DNA of 64,000 nucleotides from Phoronis australis. Its lineage: Eukaryota; Animalia; Phoronida. The DNA lies in contig NMRA01000011.1 in assembly GCA_002633005.1 (NCBI GenBank), forward strand, positions 780,855 to 844,854. The letters run 5' to 3'. The notes under the pieces were generated by a model that had not been told where the DNA came from, ran no database searches, and saw nothing but the letters and a program-made list of their open reading frames with translations. Within the stretch, counting starts at the first letter, position 1. The number at the start of each line of letters is the position of its first letter. This document shows positions 51,943 to 64,000 of the stretch, in pieces. A program made the position numbers and the translations under genes.

Positions 51943-52879
51943 AAAGATACGGAATGGGCGCTGGCGTTCCAACTTCATATCCGTCCTCGTTTTAGGAGCC
52001 TGTGATGATTTAAGGGAACAGTGAATTTAGCATGCAAACATTTATAGCGAACCCACAGTTTTTATATAGGCTTTACTAAGCAGTCACATTACTAGAGAAA
52101 CACACAAGTAAACAATTGGACGACGTCAGCCAGGTTTGCAACAGGTTATTTTTTGTGAAAATTCACTGTTCTCATAGTTTGTTATGTTGATGTACAAACG
52201 AGGATAGTTTTTACGACTGATTGTATCTAGCACGAGTTTACTTTGAAGTACAGAGTGACGCGATTGCGTGCAAATCAACGTTATTTTAACCTATTTCCAT
52301 CCACATGTACATTTTTAAAATATTGTATTTCGATAATAAAGGTTTAGTTTTTATTTTTTGATTCAATTTGCTTTGTGATACATATTTCATGGACGCTTTC
52401 CAGCAGGAAGTTGTCCTCGCTGAAGGTTCTCGTCCACACGCTTATTTCTAAAATTCAGTTCGACACAACACCTGGTCAACCACGGATTTGAAACTCCTTC
52501 CGAGACAATACTACTTTCGCCAACCCTCCGCTGACCGTCTTACCACAAAACTAAAATACCCACCTAACGGAGCGCCCCCTGGGAGACGATAGAAGCAACG
52601 CAAGTATCTGAAGAGTACATCCATAAACTTCCTATGACGTAGGACAAGGTTCCTCTTGTCCATATTGTGCCTTTTCGTTAGCTTTAATTACTATCATGCA
52701 CTAGAAAATCCTCAACCATTTCATGAGAGGTGACAAATGCCAGAGTATTTTAAGGTTGTGTAGGAGCCTAGCAAAAATGTCCAGATTTGCCTTAGGAGCG
52801 TATCTTAACAAGTGCAACGTGGAGCGTTGAAATGCGCCCACGAATGAATCGCAAATGGTGTGCTTTCAAGGTTGTTTAT

Positions 52880-54060
52880 TTCTGTCATGAAAATGGCCAC
52901 TAGATGGCGCAAAAATATAATCCATCCGAAAAGGGAACATGTCATTGCTTCTTAAATAGAAAGCTATACACAAAATTTCATAGAAATCCATCATGGAACT
53001 TCAGAGAAACAAAATGAAAACAGAATAAAATGAAATTGGCACTAGGGGGCACACTGTTCATTGGATCCGCCTGAAAGTCGTCATTGTCTGTTGTTAGCTT
53101 CATATAAAAACATTTAAAAATTAATTTTAATAAAGATCCTGCAGTGGGTTTAGGAGATACAGATGCCGGTATTCAAAATTTTATGAAAATCCGTTGAGGA
53201 CCGAAGTCATCAGAAAATCATCGTCACCGTCCANNNNNNNNNNNNNNNNNNNNNNNNNNNNNNNNNNNNNNNNNNNNNNNNNNNNNNNNNNNNNNNNNNN
53301 NNNNNNNNNNNNNNNNNNNNNNNNNNNNNNNNNNNNNNNNNNNNNNNNNNNNNNNNNNNNNNNAAAAACAGTAAAAATGGCCACCAGGAGGCGCAAACTA
53401 GGTCAAATCCATCTAAAAACGGAAAGATAACGTCACATTGCTAATACACCAAATTTTATGAAAATACATTGAGGGCCTTTTAAAATACAGAGGTAAACGT
53501 AAAAAAATAAAATTGCCACTAGGTGGCACACCAGTAGTCAGATCTGTCCGAAAGTTGTTGTTGTCCGTTGTCATCATCATATAAATGCACTTACTAAATA
53601 TAGTAAAGATCCTGCAAACGGTTTAGGAGATAGGCTATAGCAAGACGGAAAAAAACCGACACTAGGGGGCGCCACAGTATTCAAAGTCGTCGGAAAATCA
53701 TCGTCAACCGTTCTATTCATAGTAAGAACATACATGCCAATTTTCACAATCATTCTTCGAGCGGTTTGGTTGATAGAGGGGTAGGTGGCGCAAACTACGT
53801 CGAATCTATCCGAAAACGAGAGGATAATGCCGTCTTACTAATAGATGCCTATATACCAAATTTTGTGAAAATATGTTGAGGACCTTTGAAGATACAGAGG
53901 TAAACGTAAAAACCTAAAATTGCCACTAGGGAGCACACTGGTAGTCGGATCTGTCCGAAAGTTCGCTCATGCCGTCCCATCCACGAAAGGAACACATGTG
54001 CTGAATCGGTTTTGGAGATAGAGCACCGGACGTCGGACGGACGGACGCCGGACGGAGATG
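52880..54060. repeat. Interspersed repeat built from ~140-bp diverged subunits; a related copy lies at about 62980-63860
   Basis: Recurring AAAATTGCCACTAG(G/A)(G/T)GGC, CCAAATTT(C/T)ATGAAAATC and GGTTTAGGAGATA blocks. Confidence 0.7.
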
Positions 54061-55849
54061 ACGGGCACCCACATATAAATATGTGGGCGCATAAAAATGA
54101 CTAATCCATTCCAATGAAACTTTCAGATACTATGCTTTATGCTCGTTCTCCAAACCACAGATTGGAATTGTTTTAAATGATGTACTTTTGCAAAGGATAT
54201 AAACAAACATTACTTTTATTATTTCACGAAAAAAAAACAAAAGCTGCATTAAACGGAAATAAAATGTTAATTTAGAAAACTGTAACAGTTTTTTGAGATT
54301 TGATCATGAACGTTTACATCAAACAAAATTTGGTCATTACATAATATTATGGCCTCTGGTTTTGCTATTAATATACCTTTCTTTTTGCTTAATTCAATTA
54401 AAAAGACTGTCACTGGACATTAATGGCACCCCGTATAAAGGCAAAATCCAAATCTACAAGCTTTCTACATTCGAAAAATGTATGCTTCTACTGAATTCCA
54501 TTTTATAGTTTTGAAGACATTTAGCTGACTGCACTGAGTGGTTGATAAGGTCCAACATAAGCCTAACCTTATTTGGTTGGTGAAGTCCCTGGCCAGGCCT
54601 TGATATCAGAGAATGTCTATACACATCAGGGAAAATTGCCGATTTGTAATAAAATTGCAAAAAAAAAGATTTTATTTTTCATAGCTCTGGTCAAAGCTAA
54701 TAACTTCAAAAAGACTATCCCATCCAACAAAAATCCACAATATGCAGTTTTTACCAAAATAATGACTCAATGTCCCCTTAAGTTCATTGTTAAAGCAAAA
54801 AATTATGTTTAATCCTAAAATACTCAAAGCTGGCAGAAACAATAGCCTGTACTCGTTTGGACAAGAGATCAAGTTAAAAAGATTCTAAAAATCATATAAA
54901 AAGTAATGCTAAGATAAATTAAATAACAGAATTTTAGCCAGATAGCTTAGATTGGATTATCCTAGTTCAGTGGGGTTACAGAGGGTATATTGCTAAGACA
55001 CACACAACAAACCAGAAAATAATTATGCTTAATTGTATTAGTACTAGTTACTAACATACAAACACACATACTTATAAATAACCCCTTATTGCACGATTAT
55101 CATGATAACAGGAATGCACAACATACACTTCCTCCAACATATAATAGTGAAGGTGAAAATCAAAATAAAAAAGGGCTTTTAGCCTAATTGTCAAGTTGAT
55201 ACAAATGCTCCGATCCTAATTCACTAGTATCTCCACAGTGAACAAGCCTCAAGGATCCCACCAGGTCATACAACAATTATTCAAGATTAAGTTTCAAATT
55301 TGAAAATGCAAAACGAATATAAAACCTTGATTTCACGTCATTTTCATTATCAACAATAAATCACCACACGTAACCAATCACATCAGTCTAATTTGCACAT
55401 ATATGTGCATTTTCAGTTTCAAAACAAATAAAATAGTCTTGTATTACTGATACAATAAAACACGCATTGTCTCAAGACAACAGAGGGCACACTCACCCAA
55501 TACTCTAACACAACTCCAAAACCGTAAAATGGTTAAAGTTAAGAATACTTAAATTAGCCTACTCTTTAAAAACTTCAAGTGCACAAAAGGTTCACTCTCC
55601 ACAAAACAAAACAACCGTCCATTTTCTAACAATACCCTCACACTAGACCTTATTATGCAGGGAGCATCAGTAGATGGACAAGCATGATCTAGTAGTACAG
55701 TAAGATTGGACGTTAAAACTACTGCAGACAAAATGAGATCAGTATCCAAGTTGTGCCAGCGAGGCAACGTTTGCAAACTCATGATGGAAAAATGAGATCT
55801 GGTCACTTAAATGTTAGTGGTACATAACAAGAATGGTGGATACAGTGCC

Positions 55850-56213
55850 ATATTGATACGAGTCATAATGATACAGTATCTCATATTGATACGGATCATA
55901 ATGATATAGTATCTCATATTGATACGGATCATAATGATACAGTATCTCATATTGATACGGGTCATAATGATACAGTATCTTATACTGATACGAGTCATAA
56001 TGATACAGTATCTCATATTGATACGAGTCATAATGATACAGTATCTCATATTGATACGGATCATAATGATACAGTATCTCATATTGATACGGGTCATAAT
56101 GATACAATATCTCACATTGATATGGGTCATAATGATACAGTATCTCGTATTGATACCAGTCATAATGATAAAGTATCCCATATTGATACTGGTCATAGTG
56201 ATACAGTATCTCA
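55850..56213. repeat. 33-bp minisatellite (about 11 copies)
   Basis: Unit CATATTGATACG(G/A)(A/G)TCATAATGATACAGTATCT; it produces the YEILYHYDPYQ and MRYCIIMTRIN pseudo-ORFs. Confidence 0.9.
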
Positions 56214-56457
56214 TTTATTATGTCGAAATTATTGCTGAACTTACTCAATTATTGCCACAGTGCATCACAGAATGATGCAACTCCAATTTATGTCACTGAT
56301 GTATTTGTAAATAAACAAAATTGGCACCTCCCTCAGTGTCATTCACCTGGTAAAATTAGTACATTCTATAAATAGCAAAAAGTGGAATTTCTGGTGAATG
56401 TTTTCGGGCAAGTATCATACACTGTTTATAGTGCGGAGGTCTATTCACGACGGGGGC

Positions 56458-59400
56458 CTAACTTTCCTTGATAATATTCAACACATTTGCTGCCAGTTCT
56501 CTCACAGCATCAGACTGGCCTGAAGATATGATGTTCTCCACGTGCTTCTCTGATTGGTTGTTTCTTTGGACGGACTGCTTAAAAGCATCGTCTGAAAGTG
56601 AATTCAACAGTTAAGCCAGTTTCTAGGCATATCAGTGGCGAATCAGCTGTAGGAATCTGATATTCATAGATATTCACAGCTAAGAATGACACTGTCCTCA
56701 ACTAAATCTATTGCAGAGTCTGACAACATCACCTTTGTGTGGCCACACATGGGTCACAGTTTTAACAGTGTGCCCAGCATGGTCACATATGTTTAAATGC
56801 AACTGGGAGAGAGTTGTATGTGCTGTTATTAGTTGAACAAAAGTATGTTAAAGACTTTTAAGTTAGAAACAACGTGAAAATTTGAGAGTGAAACATTGGT
56901 GTAGCGTCATGGGTGGAAGATGCCTGCCGGAGTAGAGTTTATCATGAAGAAATTCTTGTACCATTCAATACAGGTTGCTATTGAATACAGATATGACGTG
57001 GATCTACGGCTCAGTTTCCAAAAAATCACACATGATTCCAAGTTAAAATAGACTTAAGTCCTGTCTTGTGGCCTTGGCAATGGGTGGCCATGGTCCTGAG
57101 TTGAGCAAAGATTTACTACGAATCAACACTACAATATATGTACACTTATTACTTCAGCAACGGAAATAATATATTCAGTTTTTATATTTCAGAAGTAATA
57201 ATTGTAAGCTCAAACACATTATAAGAATGAGTCGTTTCTGGTTGCAACATTCTTTTTTGACTACCAGTATGCGAGACTGAAAGCCAAATTAAAAATGGTT
57301 ACATTGTTATTATTCCACGGGGGCCTAATCAAGAATTCATTGAGAAAGAGCCCACTTGGAGGGCTATTTCTTGATGGAACTCTTTTGGAATTCTACTCCA
57401 TTTTCATAATGATAAGGCAGAGTAAATAAATATTGCAGTATACACTTATTACTGCGGACTACATGCTAAAGGACTGACTGTTTGCGGCACTCAAGAGAGG
57501 CTAATATATTTGTTTATGAATATAAGCAATACATTAAACACCAATAGGTTGGATGACATGTACCTTTAAGAAGCTGGGTGAGAGTCCACAGTGCAATGTG
57601 TACGAAGCTGGGTTCTGGGCTAGCCAGGAATCTGTTGATGTATGACAGCATACGGTCAGTCTGTGATGTCAAAAGGCCGGAGGGAATTCCTGGCAGAAAC
57701 ACAAAGAATAGGTTATTGTCTGCATTTATCACATAACCATTGCAAATTCCATGTAACCCCACATCACCGAGGTGTATCAGAAAACAAAACAAAGCTCTAG
57801 TCTGTTAGCGCTGCATGTCACTCAGAAAATGCAAAAATATTGACAAAAAGTGCAATCAGAGTTGTTTGAATAATTTAATGACAAATCGTGATGGATTTTG
57901 TTTTTATTTTATCCTAACTTTCAAATTTAGCAGTTATAAGCAGGAAATGAGCTCTTTCTACCAATAGGCAGTTGAACCACAACCAAGATCTTGGAAATAC
58001 ATGTTTGCAATGCTTAAAATTGGGTGATCATTGGCATATTTCTCTCTGAAAAAACAAGAAAACAAAGTAACCTAAAAGGAAGGAAAAAGTCAATAGCTGA
58101 CAATTGACCTATATTTCTAAAATAACTTTGGTAAAGATACCGGTAGTTGATGTGATGTGTAAAAGCCAAGGAGACCCATGTAAAATAAAACTAAACCAGG
58201 GTCAAGTCAGACCAACAATCAGACCCACAACCCGGTCAACTCAGAACCACAGCTGGGTCAAGCCTTACCATTCAATGCCACCTGCCCAATTGTTCCGGCT
58301 GCGTTATATTGTATCTCTGTCTTTGGAGAGCTGGCAGCCAGCAAAACCAATGTACGGAATGGCTGTCCACTCTTGTAGTTAAGTAACTGCCGCTTGGTCT
58401 CATCTGAAAAACAAGACATAGCCAAAACTCATTAATCATCAAGTGACTTAGTTGTCAGCATCGACTGTTTACTTGCATTCATTAAATCCACTTCCCAAAT
58501 TTTAAAGTTGCTATTTCCTACAACAAAATCTTGTAAATTAAACGTCATCGTTTTGCTTCGAAGTAAATTCCTGCAACCATCTCCCCACTGTGAACATATC
58601 AAACTTGTATTAGAAAAAGTCAGTGCTCAACAAGGCTTTAGAGTCATCAACATTTTCAACGTTATCTTAACAGAGTAAGTTGCAGCTCAAATATTTCATC
58701 CAAAGTATTCACATTACATCAACCATATATTCACACAGCATGAATATTTTCAACAATTGCAGATTTTGAAAGAAGGTGACTATTCATCCTCAGGTCGCAA
58801 AATATCTAACATTTGTTACCTACCCTACAAACCAGTTCAGAAAGAAGGCAGATCAAACATTCTTCAAAATATCAAGCATAATGGCACAGAGCTTGCAACC
58901 CCAGAAACAAACTCATATTATGAGTCAGCTACATTCTATCATGTAATATGATACAGTGCCCCCTACCCACACATCAGTCAACTACACTCAGTAACATAAT
59001 AAACTGGCCCTACCCACCCATCAGCCAACTGCACTCAGTATTACGACACAGTGCCCCCTACCCACCCATCAGCCAACTACACTCAGTAATATGAAACACT
59101 GCCCCCTACACACCATCGTCAGCCAAGACAGCCAGAGCAGCGCTGACTTCACTAAGTACGTCCTCTTCAGTGCGTTGGGACAACAGAACTTCAACTAGTG
59201 CCTCCACACAGCCACTCTGGGCTACAGTCTGTAATTCAATATCAATAAGAACAGCAATGAAAAACAACAGAAAGGTATATGTAGATCAAAACCAGGACAT
59301 GTGACTAGTGACTACCAGTTCAATTGTAGATGCAAAAATACCCTGATACTGCTGTTGAACTGAAAACATTGGTGTGAATTAGTTGTCTCTTATCCTTCTG

Positions 59401-62151
59401 TCATGACAGATTCCAACATGATCCCAGTATTCTGACGGACACACTTGTTTTTTGTTTCGAGTGAAAATGAAGATCTCGTGAAAAACAATTAATAAGGAGC
59501 TTTTAAGAGTAAATATAGAGTATTTCAGGGTTCAACTTTCGCAGTATTTGTTAGAATTTTGAAACCGTCTGAAAATAGACTTTTAGCTCTCAAAGCCACT
59601 CTGACATAGCGCCGACAAAATGAAAAACACTTTGACTCCAGATGGCGATAAGAGCAGCTGGTGAACAGTGTTCAGCATTCTTAATGGGATTCCTCAGCAC
59701 TTTTTATAAATTTTTTGCAACTATCAAGCTTGAAATAATCACTGTTGTGAGGCGGGATGTTTGAAAGATTCACACAAAAAATCTAATGTCTCAAAACCTC
59801 CTTCGACGAAAGAAATTACCTTTCGTCCACTGTCAACTCAGGCTGTCTCGTGCACCAGAATTATTGATAATATTAGTTCTTGGCCAAAATACAATTAAAA
59901 ATCGATCGTAGTTCGTCATGATGAGCTGACTTTTTGCTGTCACTTTTTCCTGATGACGCTCGTATGCAAGAGTGAAACATTGCGTCCGTTTGTATTGTTT
60001 TTTGAAACATGAAGCACGACACGTTGATGCTCTCACAATGCTGTAAAACACTCCCCAATAAGGATTTTAACTGAGAAGCCCTGATGGTGAACACGTACTA
60101 CCAGATGTAAAATATTGTATTTTTCAATGCAGACACCAGTTAAAAAAATCAGCAACCAGCAATTATAAATAATTTAGGTAATAGAGTTAATCTAAATCCA
60201 TCAAAGGTTTCACATAATTGGGAGGAACTGATGAAATAGAAGAATACTTTGGTGTCATAGGATTGTGAACAATCAGCCATTGTTTTGTTGTCGTAGAATG
60301 GATCGCACTGCACAATGTTTGCTTACCCTCAAATGTTCGCCTGCAGCCAGGTTACGAATTGTGCCCGCAGCGTGTTTCTGGACTTCTGGACAGTCAAAGT
60401 TAGAGAGAAGAACAGAGAGTGACGTCGGGAGACCCTCAGCCATGATGGGTAGCTGTACAAAAAGTGGAAGGAAAATGTGAGCAGTTGAATTTCTATGTCC
60501 CGAATTTAAGAGACTGTCCCAAACTGGAGAATATTTACAGTAACATTAGTGCAGCATTGTAACAAAACAAAACATATTTGTTCATGTTTTATTTACATAA
60601 TTTCAACACAAGGAAATACTATTCAGATATGGAAAGGATGAAAGTAGAAAAGGAATCCCTGAATGCTCTAAAAGTAAAATGTATCCATACGTCCTCAATT
60701 ATTATTATAATTATTACTACTCATTAAGTTAAACGTTCATTCTCATTTATCATTATCATTACCACTATTAAAATACAAATACCATTTACCTCGTTAGATT
60801 TGTGAATGGCAAGATTTCTCAGACAGGCAACAGCCAGGACAACACAGTCGCCTTGTGACCTCGACATGATATGGTTCAAGGTGGGTAAACAGCCAAACCT
60901 AACGATGAGTACTTGATTGTCACTGTCTGACGCCAGGTTACGGAGTGCAATACACGCTTGACACTGAACCTGCAGACACACATTGGAATAAATTGGGCTA
61001 CAGACCAGAACCAACGATTTCATTTCATATAATGCATAAAAAATAAAAGAGATTGTTTTTAAAAGCGGATTTCAACACATAATGAAACAATAATTTTACA
61101 AAAAAATTTAAGTGGGCTGTTTTCAATAACACTGGTTATAGGTGGGTGCAAGTTCGTATGACCATGTGACCCCATCATGATATTTTGTGCAGAATTGTGT
61201 CATCTCCAATCATTCCTTAATTTTCTAAAAAAAAGCTCTTTTGACCACACATCATTAATAGCCGTTGAGCTGCTATATAACAATCCAATACACCCAAATT
61301 TCATGCAAAATCTGGTCAATAGTGAGGTGAAAGATCACTAACTCGTCTCTCAAACTCACCCTCTCCATTTTACTGGATAAGAGACCAATCAGCTGAGTAA
61401 TGACATCATAGTAACCGACAGCGACCAGCATGGCTCGGTGTTTTTCGTTGACTGCCAGGTTACTAACGGCTGCTGCACAGTAATACTGGACGTCTGCATC
61501 TTTAGAGTGCAGCACGTCCACAAGGACGGGAATGGCGCCAGCAAACACGAGATCATTACGATTGGACTCTGCAGGGATGTATCACATATTGACTACAGCA
61601 GTTAAATAACCATTAAGTTGACAATATATTGTACAAGATGCCGCCATTTGCTAAATAATAAATAATGGCAAGAACTGTTTAGAAAACAGACATTTACACA
61701 AGTCTGAAATTAAAAATTGGTTGCTTAATGTCCAGAATTCAGTAGAATTTCAAGAAAAGTTACAGGAACCATATGAAATAAATACAGAAGACAACTTTTC
61801 CTAGAATATAAAATTCAACTATGACTTTAAGTCGTACTAAACATTTTTAAATAAACAAAACCAAGCCCAGTGGCCACAGGCAAACTAGGGCTACCAAACA
61901 GGTGAAGTGGCAGAAATTTAAGACAGAAACATTTTTTAACAAATCTGCCATTTGCTCCCCCCAAACTGTGAGGTTCAAATACACGAATTCTAGTGACTCT
62001 TAACTTTACCAATCACAATATTACTCACGCAGATGAGTGAGATTGAGCAGTGCCCCCATGGCATTACGCTGAATGCGCACATCACGTGACCGAGTGAGAC
62101 CCAGTAATGGCTTGACAGCTCCTGCCTTGACAATAACGTGTTTGTTGGCAT
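56458..62151 (-). CDS. Vacuolar protein 8 (Vac8)-like armadillo-repeat protein, last 8 coding exons (5' end outside window)
   Basis: Exons 62151-62029, 61568-61360, 60969-60790, 60452-60327, 59228-59114, 58403-58269, 57689-57564, 56591-56458 (stop), with consistent phases. Peptides [65 protein letters not shown] and F.HIALWT..QLL are colinear with fungal Vac8 ARM repeats as recalled. Confidence 0.9.
58950..59113. repeat. ~47-bp tandem repeat abutting a splice donor of the Vac8-like gene
   Basis: About 3.5 copies of CAGTGCCCCCTACCCACCCATCAGCCAACTACACTCAGTA. Confidence 0.75.
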
Positions 62152-64000
62152 CTGGAATGTGAATTCACTAAGGTAAAACATCAAAAATTCAATTTTGTCA
62201 TATTTGGATACTTATGAAGTTGCATACATCTGTAACTGAACACTTCAAAACATCCAATTTGTCGTTGCAGCGTGAATGCGACATTCTTCATCAGTATCAT
62301 AACATGGAGTTTCTGATAATAAGCCCCACCTGGGTATAATTCAGAAAATGGCTAATCATTATCGTATTTTGGGAGTTTGAAAATCAGGTTATTGACCTCT
62401 GTCAGCGAAAGTCAACAACTGCATAACATAGGCAATTTTTCAAATTATATGTACCCTTTGGGGCTCATATGAAATTCCTAGTACAAATAGTGTTGAAGAA
62501 AGTGACTTGCAAAAAAACTATGAATGTTTTGGGAAACCCTACAAACTTCACAAATTTCAATTAAAATGGTTCTGAAAGTAAGACCACAACCTTATATTTG
62601 GAAAATTTCCACTTGCACAAATTCCTGGAATCAATTAGCAGAATGTCTATAGAGAACAGAAATTGTGAGAGATGAAGGTCAACTAATAACTTCATAGGAA
62701 ATTGTCTCCCATGAGATGCCAAATATATAGGTCATGAATGTAGATCAAACAGATCGATATAACACTCTAGAGAGAGTCACAGTACAGTGTTCACTTATCT
62801 GAACACAGTCATGGTTTACTTGGTGAAATATGCTGCAAAGGATCTATGCCATGTACATCGCGTGTATCGTAAATACGAGGGATTATTACTATTTCAAACA
62901 GTCCCACTAGAGGGAGTAGTGCTAGTAAACTAGAGGGTGCGTAACAAGTTAGCAATGCTCTCCTCAACTTGAACACACCAGCCAAGATCGTAAAAAAAAT
63001 AAATCTGACACTACGAGGCACAGCAGTAGAAAGATATGTCCAAAAGTAATTGTTATCCGTTCTCATCCTCAGGGTGGTGGATGCGAAAGAAAACACAACT
63101 GCCACTAGGGGGCGCCAAAGTAGTCCAACATGTCCAAATATCATTGTCAGTCATGTTGTGGCCAGTAAGACCACATCTTCCAATTCTTAAACTGGTTTAT
63201 CCAAATGTGACGGACACCAAAAAAACAAACTTGAAAATCCATCTGAAAACAGGCACATGTCATCACCTCTTTAATATATAACAATATGCAAAATTTCAAA
63301 AAAAAAATCCATAACCGAAAGATACAGATGAAAATGGAAAAAATAAAATAAAATTGCCATTTGGGGGCACAGCGTTCATCGGATCTGTCTGAAAGTTGTC
63401 ATGTTGTCAACTTCATATAAAGATCCTGCAGAGGCTTTAGGAGATTCAGCCATGGATGCAAAAAAAAAACTGCCAATAGGAAGTGCAGTCTGAAAATCTT
63501 CGTCAGCTGTCCTCTTCACAGTAGGAACGTATATGCCAATTTTCAAAATCATCCTTAGAGTGGTTTGGCTTTGAGCAGAGGATGCCAAAAACAGACTAAA
63601 AAACTAAAAATAGCCACTAAATGGCATCAAATACCTCAAATCTATCCAAAACTTGGCATCATCCTACTAACAATACCTATATTTCAAATTTTATGAAAAT
63701 TCAATAAGGATGTCCAAAGATACAGACAGGTAAACGGAAAAAACTAAAATTGCCACCAGGAGACATAAAATTCACTCATGCCATCTCATCCATCAAAAAA
63801 ATATCTGCAAAATTTTATGAACAACATCCAAGGGTTTTGGAGATAGAACACAAGACGCTGGAGAGACAGGGATAACAGTAAAATACATCGACACATTTAT
63901 ATGAAGCAGATTGTGTGTACTTATTAACATATTCATTAACATATTCATTAACTTAATGAGGTGTCACACCAACACACCAACTTCCAAACAAAGACTCCAC

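Noticed and set aside
55807-56275. Tyr-rich repetitive secreted or shell-type protein (YEILYHYDPYQ)n
   Set aside because: A 33-bp satellite open in frames on both strands, with no signal peptide or splice support.
58950-59113. Alternative in-frame donors for the Vac8-like gene created by the repeat
   Set aside because: Units vary in length (about 45-48 nt), contain TAG/TGA triplets on the coding strand and have weak donors; unlikely to be productive.

Overview
Intron-rich, AT-rich animal genomic DNA, most likely from a spiralian invertebrate such as a mollusc (inferred from the gene content; the species cannot be fixed). It comes from a draft assembly with N-gaps and two overlap-type false duplications. 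Four protein-coding genes can be reconstructed by hand. (1) SRRT/Ars2 (serrate RNA effector), + strand, ATG 7834 to stop 36412, about 21 coding exons, one of them apparently lost in the gap at 17143-17312. (2) A two-exon TALE-class homeobox gene, - strand, 29021-26356, 224 aa. It has TATA/CCAAT boxes, FRPW and PIDLS co-repressor motifs and a CPE/AAUAAA 3' end, and it is nested antisense inside a 9.3-kb U12-type (minor spliceosome) intron of SRRT; the ORF track shows only its 3' part. (3) A complete 278-aa tetraspanin, + strand, 44781-50149. (4) The last eight coding exons of a Vac8-like armadillo-repeat gene, - strand, 62151-56458. The remainder is non-autonomous DNA transposons with readable TIRs/TSDs (MULE-, hAT-, Harbinger- and Kolobok-like), LINE remnants, many intronic minisatellites, and a ~140-bp-period repeat carrying CTCF-like motifs. 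All annotation was done by eye; no database search was run.
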